Shown here: positions 26,901 through 34,405 of the stretch, piece after piece
How the letters are laid out: every line of letters starts with the position of its first letter
Numbering within the stretch: the first letter of the stretch is position 1
IMG/VR virus record: IMGVR_UViG_3300005758_000229
Location: 1 to 45,103 of that record
DNA length: 45,103 nt
Origin: a virus
Lineage: Duplodnaviria; Caudoviricetes
Strand: one strand, 5' to 3'
Made by a program: the position numbers and the translations under genes
The notes under the pieces: generated by a model
Databases searched by the model: none
What the model saw: only the letters and a program-made list of their open reading frames with translations
What the model was told of the DNA's origin: nothing

Positions 26901-29011
26901 CGGACCGCATCGGTGCCATTAGCAATCCTGGGAGCAAGGGCGTTGCCGCGGATCTTGAACACGCGCTCAGTAAGCGCGACCGGGTAGCCGGCGGTCAGAT
27001 CGCCGCCAGGAGTGTCCTCGGCCAGGGTGATCGGCTTAGACAACGCTTCGTCGCCAGGGTAGGTGTTGAGGAACTTTGCGGTATCCTTGTCGCCAGGGTG
27101 GAAGATGTAGCGAGGACCGTAAGCGCCTTCGCCGCGGGCGCCAGGATCGTTCTGGGCGTCGCCAACGACAAGGCTGCCGGCAAATTGAACGCCGACGCCT
27201 TCAAGGAGCTTCTGGATAGCGACCGCGGCCATCATGTCAGCCGACGAGAACTTCATGGTTCCGGACGGGTGATTGTGGACGACGTAAACCTTACGGCAGC
27301 CAGGGGTGCCGGCAGCGACACCGGCCATGATGTTGGAGTAGTATTGGGTTGCGCCCATGCCACCTAGGGTATGGCGCAAGACGCTGATCGGCTTGCCGTT
27401 CTTATCGGCAAGAATGACGACCATATTCTCCTGGGCCTGGTTGCGCAGGAACTCATAGGCCAGCGCGGCCGCGTCGGCCTCGTTGTCGATCGTAGGCTTA
27501 AACCACCTAAGGACGCCGACCTGGGCGTGTTCGACGAACTGAGATAGGATGGCCTGGCTGACGCCGATCTTCTGCAGCATGCTGGCCGGAATGGCCTTGG
27601 CGTTCCTGTAGCCCTTGCCGCCGATAGAAAGGCTGCCGTTGGAGACGATCGGATCGGCCGGCTTGGCTTCCGTAAGGGGAGAACCGGTGAAGGCGGGCTC
27701 AAGCTCCGGGGTTTCTTCGGGAACCTCCTGGGGCTGTTCGATCGGATCCGACTCCGGAACCTCCTGGGGTTCGACGCGAGACGGGTCATACGGGCGGCCA
27801 GGATCAGCCTGGGCGGCCGGGGGCTGCTGCTGAGGGGCGGGCGCCGGGGCGGCCGGGGCCGCCGGGATACGCGCGCGCAGCTCTGCGATCTGGCGCTGCA
27901 GATCGGCGACGACGGGGTCTACCGCCGGCGCAGGAGCCGGTCCAGCAGCGGGCGCAGGAGCGACAGGAGGCTGGGCTTGGGCTTGGACTTGCTGAGCCGG
28001 AGCTGCTGCGCCCGGACCGCCGCGCGGAGCTTGAGGTCCGGCGGGTGCTTGAACACCACCCTGGATGGCTTGCGGGTTGACATAAGGGGAAGCCTGGGGC
28101 GCCGCCTGGGGCGCTGCAAGACCGGAAGGGATACCCGACGGGGTCGGGAGCTGGGGCATCGGGGGCAGCTGGGGCTGGCGGGCGCCCGTGCCAAAGGTGG
28201 CAGCAGCCGGGTTGCCGGCGATCCCCATCTGCTGGAGCTGGTTTGCCCAGGAGTCAAAGGTGGGGGCGTTAGCCAGGTCAACGCGAGCCTGGGCTTCCGG
28301 CAGCAGCTGAGGGGTGCCGCCAGGGGCAAAGTTAGCGCGGGAGTCGGCGCCGGCATACTGAGGCAGGATCTGCGGGCCGGTAGGCGCCGTCAGCTGGGGC
28401 ATAGGCGGCAGCTGCGGGACGCGCGGCGCCGGCATGCCAGGCTGAGCCATGGCCGGGGCCTGGGGCGCCTGGTTGACGCCAAGGCCACGGGCTACGAGAT
28501 CAGAAATAGTGGTGGCCCCGGTGATCGGAGCAGCGCCCTGGGGCGCCGGCTGAACGGGCATGCCGGGCATGGGAGCTTCGGGCTCCATGGTCATGGCGCC
28601 GGTTTCAGCTCCAGGCCCCATAGCGCCCTGGAGCTCCGGAGCCGGCTCAAGACCGTAATCAGCAAGACCACCGGTGGGCTGCGCAGATTGCGCGCCGGCG
28701 CTGCCGAACAGTCCGGCGAGAGAAGAAGGAACACCGGAAGGGATGCCAGGCTGCTGCGGCGCGATCGGGCTAGGCAGCGCAGCTTGAGAAACACCGGGCG
28801 AACCAAACGTGGGGATCGCGAATTGATTAGAGGCTGCTGTGCCGCGCTGCGCTGCAGCGACGATCTGCGCAAGGGCTCCGATCTGACCGGCGACAGGCGC
28901 GTTGCCTCCAGGGCTAGACGGCTCCGGCGTCGGAGCTACAGGAGGAACGGGAGGCAGGGCGCGCTGATTGGTCGATCCTTTCCCCGAATTCGGATTGATG
29001 TTTAGAGCCAT
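17939..29011 (-). CDS. Giant (3690 aa) polyvalent internal virion / DNA-ejection protein with RadC-like JAB, GNAT-like, zincin peptidase and PBECR-like domains
   Basis: Last gene of the internal virion block. HNHPSG..S.AD twice (27260-27277, 25682-25699), YLQKLGLGSIMY (~24480), HEIGVH...EE (22073-22090), GFGLEHVSWKH (~20801-20833). P/Q/A-rich N-terminus and a helical C-terminal ~800 aa. Confidence 0.85.
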   Translation of the reverse strand: MALNINPNSGKGSTNQRALPPVPPVAPTPEPSSPGGNAPVAGQIGALAQIVAAAQRGTAASNQFAIPTFGSPGVSQAALPSPIAPQQPGIPSGVPSSLAGLFGSAGAQSAQPTGGLADYGLEPAPELQGAMGPGAETGAMTMEPEAPMPGMPVQPAPQGAAPITGATTISDLVARGLGVNQAPQAPAMAQPGMPAPRVPQLPPMPQLTAPTGPQILPQYAGADSRANFAPGGTPQLLPEAQARVDLANAPTFDSWANQLQQMGIAGNPAAATFGTGARQPQLPPMPQLPTPSGIPSGLAAPQAAPQASPYVNPQAIQGGVQAPAGPQAPRGGPGAAAPAQQVQAQAQPPVAPAPAAGPAPAPAVDPVVADLQRQIAELRARIPAAPAAPAPAPQQQPPAAQADPGRPYDPSRVEPQEVPESDPIEQPQEVPEETPELEPAFTGSPLTEAKPADPIVSNGSLSIGGKGYRNAKAIPASMLQKIGVSQAILSQFVEHAQVGVLRWFKPTIDNEADAAALAYEFLRNQAQENMVVILADKNGKPISVLRHTLGGMGATQYYSNIMAGVAAGTPGCRKVYVVHNHPSGTMKFSSADMMAAVAIQKLLEGVGVQFAGSLVVGDAQNDPGARGEGAYGPRYIFHPGDKDTAKFLNTYPGDEALSKPITLAEDTPGGDLTAGYPVALTERVFKIRGNALAPRIANGTDAVRAIVPLLARKPGIAFLDKGGRIMGVLPLSLAEMTALATVTNKRGTMGIAQSNTQRLPRTTSSTIDVESTAQDNSPLARILTVMERANADQIIISVGDSSNDSQEAVNANRNVRDMAVRYKIDVLDTINNQRNFGHHFGPMQDTLGGANTTPRLPTGERMGFREGGEEYDPAPIEGGEEQAAQDYPEVMANRKATQRADGGEDGGAGIEGIVRNGLQEGGVGETNPEDPNAGAEFARQEREAGARVNPPGITTPDTGLVNATPAEPIIKKPRAPRKKPAAPNPSVFPTKLDTTLPFGRLTGEQMAQFGLSDAMLDQFVEHSTTGHVMSGVEFVKSAEDAAHVVAGLRKRPQEQVILLITDKNGRPIQIAEHMLSQPASCGFNPGILIGTAASTPGAAGVWFIHNHPSGKPTLSPADISAGGNIQKLVEAANLKYQGTMAIAGTRFAQMTPSGRIESNMAIKAAPRKFKVPITERMFAFRVSQNAKQFSNPTDAMAEAERIFGPDQPGIILLDNSNRMVATIPLAADVLRAMKAKIPGTEQTGFNRYVAGIDRANPVNMMIYTAGLDDANARLVIQNISGVAGATKINVLDAFGAGGQNRSLDIRTYGSDFNEPAAEYDPEGGQPQGEPQTLRDVVDQAAKKKNDLEVGEGAPDAEGMAEVLKAEPIPSAADMARMTGRPVPNHDDGLLASQGFITKRASQDMATIMERINKRFPDGYPVDGWDDNGTYSRGKKKISNLRLRYESHGDPIGNYEAQDYVYIDAVFEDGTTREVAHLDLMRGYASTPEFPTLTTKVGMSHVDTYLQKLGLGSIMYVEGGERLRRMGQRFITGSVINPAAVATRVRAFPAGSTELLAIPGSSSMSQKEMADAALNIIKGGTAAYTKTTLDPNVALDPGAEYGKTPSSYEAGLIDNYKSMAEAGMDDRLKLLNDKQLADLAAAAASSSADLREQAGENPTDAQNDAINTAEMEAFDAWFESQDTGSLNDPAAAYDDGENTVIPGGAREAKLKQQPAQLPVTYLNIGHGPGRNGQGEFASPEERKAYYDNTYLYFIDKRGKVHITENLSDLSQVNGPWAKGRPESVTHGLVFLNAKFGGIGRDHNGFMEAIGMGRIENRDGKLVMSFTPGMERHRQGKPVLEDGNLADDLTEAIENLKVEATKHFKLRTPRSASVMTFGRTGTLIEEPAAGYESTENYEGLAFSEADVRRFMSMSPAERVAFRKTLPDNKNNVEFNIMLEFMRQSDFDNRPGAQERRARQEARRQQIVEKHRAQGHPYPELAADRELNPPPTGRDPEAELDPENQTTMDDPGAAYDDGENQAVPGGGRQAWLKRQAELRAKNELPGARRIQWWTDVGHKHGKKNREKTWLWAYDKQGKLQVINAEELRSKLMDEYDMIGANVTHLDWEEAFFPGLLAGAAHGRIDATEDVVRVSLAGRINDPTFREQVKQELAEYIGVEVDRVKGYDFTGDGMPELFNRTQGSDAEIEQLAKDLEGMDLDQVKAYFKKNPDKVLLLSKGGLPPHLDKIVKAMRDIGYNEAKAYLEAHPLGKLLMENGRLVLVRDRAEIPGISPLEASEGEFNAVVLGDNREATYFVGDAISKEEIDALIKHEIGVHMGIGKDTDLVNDLFAELSDLVEKGEAGDMDRIMAHQAMADAFAVVASNHPNFKRIMNKVGQGLYTSRTRYTEERLTNILKSEGFTDKQINQFMRVFREETLGYLMNVMARREANVNAPKDGLFAMIVRWIKATIIRMAYARSEGGERPLAGKAMRAIGYARLMALDLGMEKLSKLLEIRPGDVRAIAQGYVRAYAAGKEVGMPDTRTDTVEMDVQEAAKDANEARAQGRASDPVTDAATYSNESMPLFSKRDPGQDPIKPENQAGTPESVARHQGKKTGLLKSDSASDRTDPPIPPSALQVETGRQMLWDEQLSPRISKYGEMTEDPGVIPQSQIGVGPTRDSSLLVADESGNPIDLPRITSIQGLAGKLGDLAALLDLPVHITQGRQGTGMHGNFDWEKDTKKHKDVGQNSAGFGLEHVSWKHGWELDALASDTTWKQNDHLGAIRKIMADATHALVSMDNGQVDAINVYSKTTGMTVVLRVGGRNRKMLHVITVLKTGKPGADFRVDKAIQSFKDNGANDVTVIGDTQATSQATPQANEPGADYGQAEQTGEQQAAAEAETLEKLREVQGNGPAGPKLFNAIPPTPPPPSPTTPTSPAPAPLNPPATADDMARRVGDVLRGRYFDGISTKAHQNAERTGSAAVRAVSDIIHTRPGTENPSSDRDLPKAIMSARIKYQNKFNQIMRPLRDQLSRMTSEQREQFYRELVDQITGRTNIQPGVAGHAATQLIDLLKELHDYRTAAGENMGQVQQYFPAVYNSELITANRTAFIADATRAYEIELSQDPNLTPQEIQAKAAAAAAALYRTHTRGMGDAEWASIFTSGRDSATENSSKERVFGRQAQGIMAKWQTPDPFYVISRYIGSAVKRAELVRRFGPEGEKWEAMANAMEADGVPIETINEMGQLVKLAAGLGVTPLDNSERMFMDTVNLYTAAAAMGKSAMNNLFEPSAMGIRGSTVGNPFRTVNAYAETWARFIRNLVQMLPVLGDHVGPTFWQEYGEHIGSIHNSLDDAWMSMHAMEHGMEEANPAMRWITNRVYQANLMESTENAKLQASHALGHAYILDHAGMLDGSHYIPRLFKFDTRSTAEEALLELGIPKSKQIAFAAWCATLKQTKDRAARMAMLTDGSEMARLYEEAQIRFSHQSAVRANRAHKPVFQDAVLGRLALQLMSFSYSYFSEVTDRMYRMAKRAITTNNMPAIQRINMMLPLMLSPLTVVAMGALFESKDYLFPTESSEKRKKDHWIYKLFNASSFAGMFGPKLEMATKYIARDQPPGGVAGQTAVGVGRVGKKAIELAMDDTKTQAEKEAALKKAAARAAVAPIKGAAVIAGSAMHPAVGAVAVAATNDTGWSNELQDVDTPKKGTPPKPEGLPKYRR

Positions 29012-29078
29012 GTTTGTGTCTTAAAAATCTGATGTAAGACCGATCTTCGCAATCGGATTTAGGTCTACTTTTTGGGGG

Positions 29079-31430
29079 TTACCTGTCTCCTCCGTAGCTG
29101 CGGTCCAACGGATGGTAGTAACGGCCTTCTCCCTTGGTGTAGTCAAAGCCCTGGCGCAGACGATCTATGTCGCCCTGGAGTGACGGGATAAGCGGGCTGA
29201 CCGGGACGTTGCCCGGACGGACGGCCATGAGCCTTTCATGGTCTAGCGCCTCCTGGAGCGCGGCCAGGGCGCTCTGCTTTTGCTTGATGTTGGCCCGGCG
29301 AATGTCCTGCTCATGGGACATTATATCGTCCTTGTTGCCCTTATAGCCCTTGATGAAATAGCGCCAGGCGTAGCCGCGCATGCTAGGAGGGTATCGTTTA
29401 GCGAACGTCTCAAACTGTTCCAGGATCTCGCCGGCCTTCTGAATGGCAGCCTTAGCCCTGGCTGCCGGCATGCCGGTGTTCTTCTCGATCTCGGCCGCAA
29501 CCTGGTCTAGCCCGGACTCACCTTCGGCCGCCTTCTCCTGGATGATCTGAAGCGGGTTATCGATGTTGGACTTGCCGGCGCCAAACGCCGAACCGGCGCC
29601 CATGAGGCCGCCGACCATGAACGACGACAGCGCCGTCTTAAGGTCAACGTCATCACCCATGACCGTGTTGGTAATGATGTCGGTAAGGCCTTCTTCGGTA
29701 GCTTCCCACCAGGTATCAATAGATCCGTGAATTACCCTAGGTAGCAGGATCTTTTTGTAGATGCCTCCCCGGAACGTCTCAACCGGCCTCATGACCATGG
29801 CCGGCACCGGGCGCAGCAGAGATCCGGATGTTCCAGGCGCTTGCATGAACTTAGGTAGCTTAGACTTGCCCCAGGAGGTTAGCTTATCGCCGGCCTGGTT
29901 TAGGACGACGGCCGTAGCTCCCTCTGCCAGGCCGCGCTGCGCGCTCTCCTTGATCATGGCGTCGATCTGCCCCATGAAGCCGGCAGGATCGCGGTTTGCT
30001 ATCTCGTTCAGCTTAGCCTGTGCTGCAGCGAACTCCGGGCTATCTGGATCTGACAGCTGGGATGTGTCTATGCCTTGCTCTCCAAGCCACTTGCCAAACG
30101 CCTGGTTAAACCCGGAGCCGGCACTAAGAATAGCCGTAGACGTTCCCATGGCTGCCGGTCCTACAACGGGCGCTGCTGGGCCGCTGGCAAGGCCGGCCAG
30201 GGTTGTGGCAAGCATAGTCGCGCCGGTGTTAGGCGCAGACTCCGCAAGCTGCTGCCACATGACGTTAAACGCACCCGTTTTGCCGTATTCATCTACGACG
30301 TCGCCGTATCCCATTCCTTCCTTGTTATACAGCTTCATGGCTTCCGACGTAGGCGACCAATAGCGCGTGCTGGCTTCGCGTTGACCGACGGCCTTTGCGC
30401 TTTTCTTGAAATTATCGTTAGCCTCTCCGGCTAGGATCTCATCTACCTTGGCCTGGATCTGCTGATCGTTCATCGAGGCCAGCTGTTCCGGCGTAAGCGT
30501 CAGAACGTAGTTAGCCACCTTGGCTAGTCCGCTGTCATTGAAATTAACTGAGCTGCCTGCGATCATGTTGACCGGATCATACGCGTATCGAGCCAACTTC
30601 TCCCTGTCTTTAAAGATCTCCAAACCCATCTGGCGTCGAGCTTGCTGCGCCCTAGTGTCACGCTGGAACTTATCCCTGGCTTCGATTATGGCGTCTGCCT
30701 CCTCCTTGGCTTTGACGGCAGCCAGGTAGCGCGGATGGTTTCTGGCGTTCTGAGTATTCTGGGTGTAGCTGGCGTAGTTTGGGTTATAAAACCCAAAACT
30801 ACTACCCATACCCGTAGGCATGCTATCTGAACGCATGCCTTGGGCGACGAGCTCTGCCAGGACGGCAGCAGGATCTTCAGTCGGAAGAACCATGCCGGCC
30901 TTAGCAGCTTCATTAACGGCGTCGGTAGTCTCCGGCGCACCAGCCTTACCTTGCAGCGCAGCGGCCAGGGCAAGCTTATCGCGCATGGCGCTCTGCATGG
31001 TCCAGCCCTCAGCTGCGCCGGCTACCGAATTCAAACCGCGCATGAAAGCGTTACCGCCGCCGGCAAACAATGGATCTGCGTAGCCAAGCCACCCCCAACC
31101 TCCAACGCCGGCCTGGGGTGGCTTAGCCTTGGCTGGACCAAACTGAAGCTGGTTGTCCCTAATAAACGCGCCTTCCTTAGGTCTATAAACGACCGGATAC
31201 TTGTCGCGCATGCGAGCCAGGGCAGCTCGGACGTTGCCGGCAGTAGTCGGTAGACCCTGCTTACTTAGCTCGTTTTGAACGTCTACGATCTCAGCTGGCT
31301 CGACCCAGATCACCTCCGGAGGACCTCCAGGGTCTGCAGATCCGACAGGCCAGGCCTGGTAGTTTTTGCCGTCTCCAGGCTGCAACAGGGGGTTAAGCTT
31401 GCCCTTGTCGTCTGTATATCCGGAGGCCAT
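29079..31430 (-). CDS. Internal virion / ejection protein
   Basis: Ala/Gly-rich helical protein with AESAP, EATEEG and hydrophobic Gly-rich segments. Position in the ejection module. Confidence 0.7.
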   Translation of the reverse strand: MASGYTDDKGKLNPLLQPGDGKNYQAWPVGSADPGGPPEVIWVEPAEIVDVQNELSKQGLPTTAGNVRAALARMRDKYPVVYRPKEGAFIRDNQLQFGPAKAKPPQAGVGGWGWLGYADPLFAGGGNAFMRGLNSVAGAAEGWTMQSAMRDKLALAAALQGKAGAPETTDAVNEAAKAGMVLPTEDPAAVLAELVAQGMRSDSMPTGMGSSFGFYNPNYASYTQNTQNARNHPRYLAAVKAKEEADAIIEARDKFQRDTRAQQARRQMGLEIFKDREKLARYAYDPVNMIAGSSVNFNDSGLAKVANYVLTLTPEQLASMNDQQIQAKVDEILAGEANDNFKKSAKAVGQREASTRYWSPTSEAMKLYNKEGMGYGDVVDEYGKTGAFNVMWQQLAESAPNTGATMLATTLAGLASGPAAPVVGPAAMGTSTAILSAGSGFNQAFGKWLGEQGIDTSQLSDPDSPEFAAAQAKLNEIANRDPAGFMGQIDAMIKESAQRGLAEGATAVVLNQAGDKLTSWGKSKLPKFMQAPGTSGSLLRPVPAMVMRPVETFRGGIYKKILLPRVIHGSIDTWWEATEEGLTDIITNTVMGDDVDLKTALSSFMVGGLMGAGSAFGAGKSNIDNPLQIIQEKAAEGESGLDQVAAEIEKNTGMPAARAKAAIQKAGEILEQFETFAKRYPPSMRGYAWRYFIKGYKGNKDDIMSHEQDIRRANIKQKQSALAALQEALDHERLMAVRPGNVPVSPLIPSLQGDIDRLRQGFDYTKGEGRYYHPLDRSYGGDR

Positions 31431-31433
31431 GGC

Positions 31434-32555
31434 TTAGCGCTTCCAGGGGGCGAAATAATCGAGGACGCGTTGATTAGGCGGGACCACAGTAGGCCCCAGG
31501 GACCATGCCTGTGGAGGAACCATGCCGCCGCCATACTGTCCGGTTAGCGTGTTGCGCCAAATAACCCTCGTTCCTGGATCCAAGCCGGCGGCCTTGGCTC
31601 TGATCTCATCCGGCGTTCCTTCGACCACGACGGCATCAGCTCCAGCAGCTTTCAAATTTTTGACAGCATCAAACGCTTCTTTCTTAAACTTGCGAACGCT
31701 CTCGGCTTCCCTGGCCTTTACAGGATCAGTTTTTCTCAATTTTTCGATCTCCTCAGCAGGAGTCATGGCATCGGTGTTCCTTGCAGCGGTTGCAGCGTCG
31801 TTGCCAAGAACTTGTGTTACGGCGGCTTGAGCAATCTCCTCGGCAGATCCGCGCAGCTTTGCTCGCCTTGCAGCCCTCATGATAAGGTTTAAGTCATTTT
31901 CAGACAGCGTCTTTCCCTCCGTAAGCTCATAAACTTGTGCAACAACCGCGTTGCGCAGATCTGCGTCGTTAGGAGGTTGATACTCCTTAACTTTTTTTGC
32001 TTCGCCGGCAAAGTATTCGTTGTCGGCCTTCTCCCTGGCGGCCTTGGCTTCGGCTTCGGCTTTCTGCCTGTTGGCGTTTGCTTCAGCTTCCTGCTTTTTT
32101 CTCTCTTTTTCGGCTGCAGCAGCAGCCCTGGCTGCAGCTTGAGCTTCGGCTGCTTTCTTGCCCTCCGGGGTTAGCTTGTAAATGTCTGCGACAGATCCGG
32201 CGTTGCCTGTGCGCGCGTTGAGCTCAGCAAGGCGCCTGGCTTGATCTGCCGTAAGTGAGCCTTTTGCTGCAGCCTCTGCCATGATCTTAGCTCTCTCCGC
32301 GTTAAACGCGCGCTGCACGTTGGCCTCAGAGATCCGATCAGCGTCATAGATCGCGCGAGCATCGGCAGCCTTGGCTTCGGCGTCGGCGTTCTTGAGCCTA
32401 ATCTCGTTAAGCTCGTTCTGGCTGCGCAGCTGCCCCATCCGTAGCTGCGTTTCCTGGTCCGGCATGAACAGCTTGGCGATACCTACGGCTGCGTCGGCCC
32501 AGGGATCCTGGCGCTGCTGCTGCCGCTGGGGGGTATATCCGGAATAGTCTGCCAT
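31434..32555 (-). CDS. Internal virion protein (coiled coil)
   Basis: Ala/Glu/Lys-rich helices. Position in the ejection module. Confidence 0.65.
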   Translation of the reverse strand: MADYSGYTPQRQQQRQDPWADAAVGIAKLFMPDQETQLRMGQLRSQNELNEIRLKNADAEAKAADARAIYDADRISEANVQRAFNAERAKIMAEAAAKGSLTADQARRLAELNARTGNAGSVADIYKLTPEGKKAAEAQAAARAAAAAEKERKKQEAEANANRQKAEAEAKAAREKADNEYFAGEAKKVKEYQPPNDADLRNAVVAQVYELTEGKTLSENDLNLIMRAARRAKLRGSAEEIAQAAVTQVLGNDAATAARNTDAMTPAEEIEKLRKTDPVKAREAESVRKFKKEAFDAVKNLKAAGADAVVVEGTPDEIRAKAAGLDPGTRVIWRNTLTGQYGGGMVPPQAWSLGPTVVPPNQRVLDYFAPWKR

Positions 32556-32559
32556 AAAG

Positions 32560-33294
32560 TTAAGCTACAGGAACAATCCAGCCTCCAGGTGTATTGCTTG
32601 GAACCATCCAACCGCCGGATGTTGCAGCTTCCATGGCTCCGGCCTTGGTTACGCCTTCGCTGCCAAGCTTGGCAAACTCACCAAGCCCAGCTCCGGCGTT
32701 GGCAGCAGCTGCGTAGCCGCCGGCGACCATGCCGACCTTGGATAGAATGTCTCCGATCGTCTTGAGCTGATCGCCCTTGTGGCTGGCGTAGTCCATCTCG
32801 GCGCCCATGGCGCTGGCAGATCCGCGCATGAAGTCGGCCGTAGTCCCTACGTTCGTCCGGGCGCGGGCGTTTTTGACGGCCATGGTCTGGGTTGCGTCTC
32901 CAAAGCTGGCAAGGGCTGCCTTGTTCTTGGCGTCCATAACAGAGCTCATCTTGCCGGCCTGGCCGCGCGCAGCGGACTCTCCGGAGACTACCTGGGGGGC
33001 TTCAGACCCGTAGGCAGACCCAACTTCTGCCCGCTTAACGGATCCAATGTCACCCTTATACGCCTCTGTGCGGCCGGCCTGGGCCTTAGCTTCGACCTCA
33101 GACCTGTTCTTGGCCGTGTTCTGGTTAAGAGATTGGGCAAAAATAGCGTTAGCCTCCTCGCGCAGCTTGGCCTGGCGCATGTTTTCTGCGGCCTGGACGT
33201 TGCCCATCGCGCGCTGCGCCTTCTTCTGGCCGGCGATCGACGCTGCCGTCCCGGCAGCGGTAGCAGCGATGGCGATGGTGGTAGGCTCACACAT
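32560..33294 (-). CDS. Internal virion protein (T7 gp14-like N-terminus)
   Basis: MCEPTTIAIAATAAGTAASIAGQ start and Ala-rich body. Confidence 0.75.
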   Translation of the reverse strand: MCEPTTIAIAATAAGTAASIAGQKKAQRAMGNVQAAENMRQAKLREEANAIFAQSLNQNTAKNRSEVEAKAQAGRTEAYKGDIGSVKRAEVGSAYGSEAPQVVSGESAARGQAGKMSSVMDAKNKAALASFGDATQTMAVKNARARTNVGTTADFMRGSASAMGAEMDYASHKGDQLKTIGDILSKVGMVAGGYAAAANAGAGLGEFAKLGSEGVTKAGAMEAATSGGWMVPSNTPGGWIVPVA

Positions 33295-33920
33295 TAGGTA
33301 TTAACGGTGCGCTCTTTGCCAGAGCTGCTGCCGCCTCCAAACGTAGAGTTTTTGAAGCCAAAGGCGCGCAGCCCCATGGCGTTAGGGTCGTTCATGCCGG
33401 CTTGGTTAGCTGCGCCCAGGAGGCCGGTAGTGTTCGCAAACAACTGCCCAAGGGCCGACGTCGTCGGCTGATTGGCCTGGATGGCAGCCCTGGACAGGGC
33501 GCTTTGCGCCGCAGCCTGGGCGTCGCCGGTCATGTTTAGCTGGCCGACCAGATCAGATCGTTCGCTTTCGATCTGGTTGCGCGCGAGCTGGGATGCCTCA
33601 AGCGCCTTGTTGCGCGCCTCAACGCGAGCTGCGGCCGTCTGCCGGTCGATCTCAGCCACGTTGCGGGTCTTTTCGCTGGAGTCAGTAAGGCCGGATCTGG
33701 CCAGGTTGAACGCCAGGTTGCTCTCAACCTGGTTGCGCTGATCCGCGATCTTAGGCTTGGCGTCTGCCATGTAGGCTTCCTCGCGTCGCTTGAAATAGCT
33801 GTCGTCGAACTGCTTGAACGTGTTGTCGATCGACGTCATGCCCTCCTTGATGCGAGCCTGGCGAGCTTGCTCATCGGCGCGCGCCATGGCGCCGTAGTCT
33901 GGTCCAGATGATCCGCACAT
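33294..33920 (-). CDS. Small internal virion protein
   Basis: MCGSSG start, helical, follows the GNAT-like gene. Confidence 0.65.
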   Translation of the reverse strand: MCGSSGPDYGAMARADEQARQARIKEGMTSIDNTFKQFDDSYFKRREEAYMADAKPKIADQRNQVESNLAFNLARSGLTDSSEKTRNVAEIDRQTAAARVEARNKALEASQLARNQIESERSDLVGQLNMTGDAQAAAQSALSRAAIQANQPTTSALGQLFANTTGLLGAANQAGMNDPNAMGLRAFGFKNSTFGGGSSSGKERTVNT

Positions 33921-33922
33921 GG

Positions 33923-34405
33923 CTAGGAGTGTGTTTTAGAGGGGTGTTTTATCCAGCTGAAAAGGATGAAGTCCTCTCCATTTTTTCCATACGCCTTGAT
34001 CTCCGACTCTTTGTCGGCGCCAAGCATGCGCAACCAGGCGTGAGCTACGGTATGCTCAGCGGAGGAATAACATTGTGCGCGATGTATGCCGGCGTCGTTC
34101 ATGGCTTGAGGCAGCGCGCGCTTGATGAACTTGGTTACCGACAGAGAAACCTCCGGCCAATTGTCGGTAGCAAACATCCATACCGACCAGACTCCGTCCC
34201 ACATCGGGACGACGCCGATCGCCGCGACCGGGACGTCGTCGTCTGTCTTGGCTACCCAGCCAAGCTCCGGGACGATCATGATGGAGTCAACCAGGTGCAC
34301 CGGGTTGTCCGTCCACCTGGTTGCGTAGATCTCGCGCCGGTCGAGCTCGCGCATGTTGTCGCATACATACAGCAGATCCGGCTCGTTGAGCTTAACCAGC
34401 TTCAT
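33923..34405 (-). CDS. GNAT-fold virion-assembly protein (T7 gp13 / internal virion protein A-like)
   Basis: NMRELDRREI, VWMFATD, AHAWLRMLG, YGKNGEDF. Lies immediately after the nozzle. Start ATG 34405. Confidence 0.8.
   Translation of the reverse strand: MKLVKLNEPDLLYVCDNMRELDRREIYATRWTDNPVHLVDSIMIVPELGWVAKTDDDVPVAAIGVVPMWDGVWSVWMFATDNWPEVSLSVTKFIKRALPQAMNDAGIHRAQCYSSAEHTVAHAWLRMLGADKESEIKAYGKNGEDFILFSWIKHPSKTHS

Noticed and set aside
17939-29011. N4-like or crAss-like virion RNA polymerase
   Set aside because: The size is similar, but I found no DxDGD or T7-type polymerase motifs. The recognisable domains are those of polyvalent proteins.
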